A DNA stretch of 10,518 nt from Vitrella brassicaformis CCMP3155 (lineage: Eukaryota; Protista; Chromerida), in the NCBI GenBank assembly GCA_001179505.1, contig CDMY01000921.1, positions 1 to 10,518 on the forward strand, in the 5' to 3' direction. The notes under the pieces are model-generated. The model was not told where the DNA came from, did no database searches, and worked only from the letters and a program-made list of their open reading frames with translations. The position numbers and the translations under genes were made by a program. Below are positions 8,780-10,518 of this stretch, one piece after another. The first letter of the stretch is position 1, and every line of letters begins with the position of its first letter.

Positions 8780-10079
8780 GGCCGGCGGCGAAGAGCTGGC
8801 CGGCATCATGGCGATCGACGCAACGCATCCATGCATGGATGGGCGGGGCCGACGGCTGGGGCGGCCGCGTCCCGTGCCAGATGAGCGTTGCGCGCCTGCT
8901 GGCCCGCCCCTAGTGGGCACCGCCTGTCTATGGATGGGTCTGCCTCTCGCCCGCCCCCTGCCCCTGCCTTTTCCTTGCCCCCCGCGTGCTGCTAGCCAAT
9001 CGCCCACATCCAAAAATACACGGGCACACCACTTGCCCATCCCCCGCCCACAACACAACACCGCACGCAACATACATGGATCATACACCCCGCCCACATG
9101 CAATGAACCATGAATTGTACCTGTACGGTGAGCTGATCGTGCCTCCAGCACGCATGAGAAGAGCGACCCAGGCTGCATGCCTCCCCCCTCATCGGAGGAG
9201 ACGCGAGGCATGCCGCCTGGTGCCCCCATGCTCTGGAGATGCAACGAGTCAGTCATACTTGTGCCCTTCTCCCATCCTACGTACGCATGAAACACACCCA
9301 TCCCCGTCCCCTTCGCCTGCCTGCCCTTCCCATCCCAGCACGCACCATGCACACGGAACGCTGCACCCACCCACAACGTAGCTACCCAGACTCCTCCCAC
9401 ACACAGCAAGGGTAAGACAAGTGACGCCTCCTCACCTACTAGCATGGACACAAGCTGGACGCGGACGGCCGTCTGGTGAAGCTGCCAGAAAGGCAGCCAC
9501 CAGAGACGGGAGCAGTGAGTGAGCCAGCAAATAGTACATACTCGATGCGAGTCACTGGGTGGGCGCCATCGCTGCCATCTGCGAGTGGGTGGGTGTGGCG
9601 GAAGGGAATAGAGGGGGTAAAAACGACGCGGGCAGTAGAGCAGGTACAGGCACGCGTGCATAATGACGAACAGCACGGCAGAGAAGAGAGTGAATAAGAA
9701 GTATACGAAAAACAGCAGCATGGCGGCCTGTGGTGGAAAAAGGAGGGGTATAGGCAGCCACAATACAAGGCTGCGAGTAAGCGGCCACCACGGAAAACTC
9801 GCCGAGGAACACAGCAACCAGCAAGAGCCTGATGCGACATATGCAAACCAAGAGCGCACGGAAACAACAGGGCGGAAGGGGGAGTGTTGTGTATGACCTA
9901 GCTTAAGCGTCGTGAGACAAGCAGCGAGTGAAAAGAATCCCATCCAGCCAATAATGCAATATAGCCACCAGGCGAAAACGACCATTCCCAGCTGCTGACA
10001 ATGACGAACACCACAATGAGACCAATGGATGGAGATCTTGCGTGCGCCCAGCCCCTCTTGCTCTCTCTTCCCCTTATCC

Positions 10080-10518
10080 TTAGTGTTGGGCACGAAAATA
10101 CGGGACGTCGGGGGGATTGAGGTGGCTCCACGTTCGCATGACGCCCGGTTTGTGGGGTGGGTGGTGGCCCTGCAGGCTGGTAGCTGTCCGCATGGAGGCC
10201 AGCGAGCGGCTGCTGGTGGAGCGGGAGAAGATCTCGCCCTCGCGGTCCAGCTCGTCCTGTTGCTCCTCCGTGATCGGCGCCAACATGGGGTGGGATGCGT
10301 TGGCGGATTGCGGGGCCGGGGATGCGTGGGAGGGGAAGAGCTGTGGATGTGGTGCATAGTGGCCGGGCTGCGGGGCAGGGGGTGCGCACGAGGAGAGGGG
10401 CTGGACGTGCGGTACGCACGGCACCGGTGCTGGCGCAGGTGCCATGTACGCTCCCGATGGCATGGATGCGGACGCCGGTGACGTGGCGGGCATGGGCGGC
10501 GCCCAAGGCAGAGACGGC
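10080..10518 (-). CDS. Pro/Ala/His-rich C-terminal tail of an upstream ORF, probably ORF1 of the LINE; partial
   Basis: The frame is open from the right window edge (PSLPWAPPMPATSP...) to TAA at 10082-10080. It is low complexity with one acidic helix (PITEEQQDELDREGE). Assigned by position only. Confidence 0.45.
   Translation of the reverse strand, partial: PSLPWAPPMPATSPASASMPSGAYMAPAPAPVPCVPHVQPLSSCAPPAPQPGHYAPHPQLFPSHASPAPQSANASHPMLAPITEEQQDELDREGEIFSRSTSSRSLASMRTATSLQGHHPPHKPGVMRTWSHLNPPDVPYFRAQH

Larger units (their letters stand above)
7310..10518 (-). mobile_element. APE-type non-LTR retrotransposon: ORF1 tail, ORF2 extension, endonuclease and EN-RT linker; truncated at 7310 before the RT
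   Basis: See component features. The order is a Pro-rich ORF ending at 10080, a long ORF containing the APE domain, and a linker ending in PRDFWRLL. No RT motifs follow in the window. The clade cannot be assigned without the RT. Confidence 0.8.

Noticed and set aside
9986-10357. N-terminal 124 codons of the 892-aa ORF as real coding sequence
   Set aside because: Mostly overlaps the Pro-rich ORF ending at 10080 in another frame; more simply read as an alternative-frame read-through.
1-10518. Prokaryotic defence system, CRISPR array, operon, rRNA or tRNA genes
   Set aside because: Spliceosomal introns and LINE relics indicate nuclear eukaryotic DNA. I saw no repeat-spacer array and no recognisable tRNA or rRNA sequence.

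Overview
Eukaryotic genomic DNA: GC-rich, with short GT-AG introns of about 59-67 nt, CA/GA microsatellites and a 300-N scaffold gap at 6627-6926. The style suggests a chromerid-like alveolate with a complex plastid, but this is inference only. From left to right the window holds: (1) an uninterrupted, 5'-truncated CRE-like non-LTR reverse transcriptase on the minus strand, which the ORF track misses; (2) minus-strand spliced exons encoding ankyrin repeats, a helical segment and a CBM20-like half-domain; (3) a plus-strand spliced gene of unknown function; (4) an intronless metal-dependent amidohydrolase with a signal peptide plus F-initiated transit-like leader; (5) a frameshifted LINE ORF1-like fragment; (6) after the gap, a 381-bp, 98.4% identical copy of the amidohydrolase 3' part joined directly to (7) a decayed APE-type LINE that is cut off just before its RT. 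The most unusual points are the LINE ORF2 frame, which stays open for about 400 codons upstream of the endonuclease through very hydrophobic segments, and the LINE/host-gene junction at 7309/7310.
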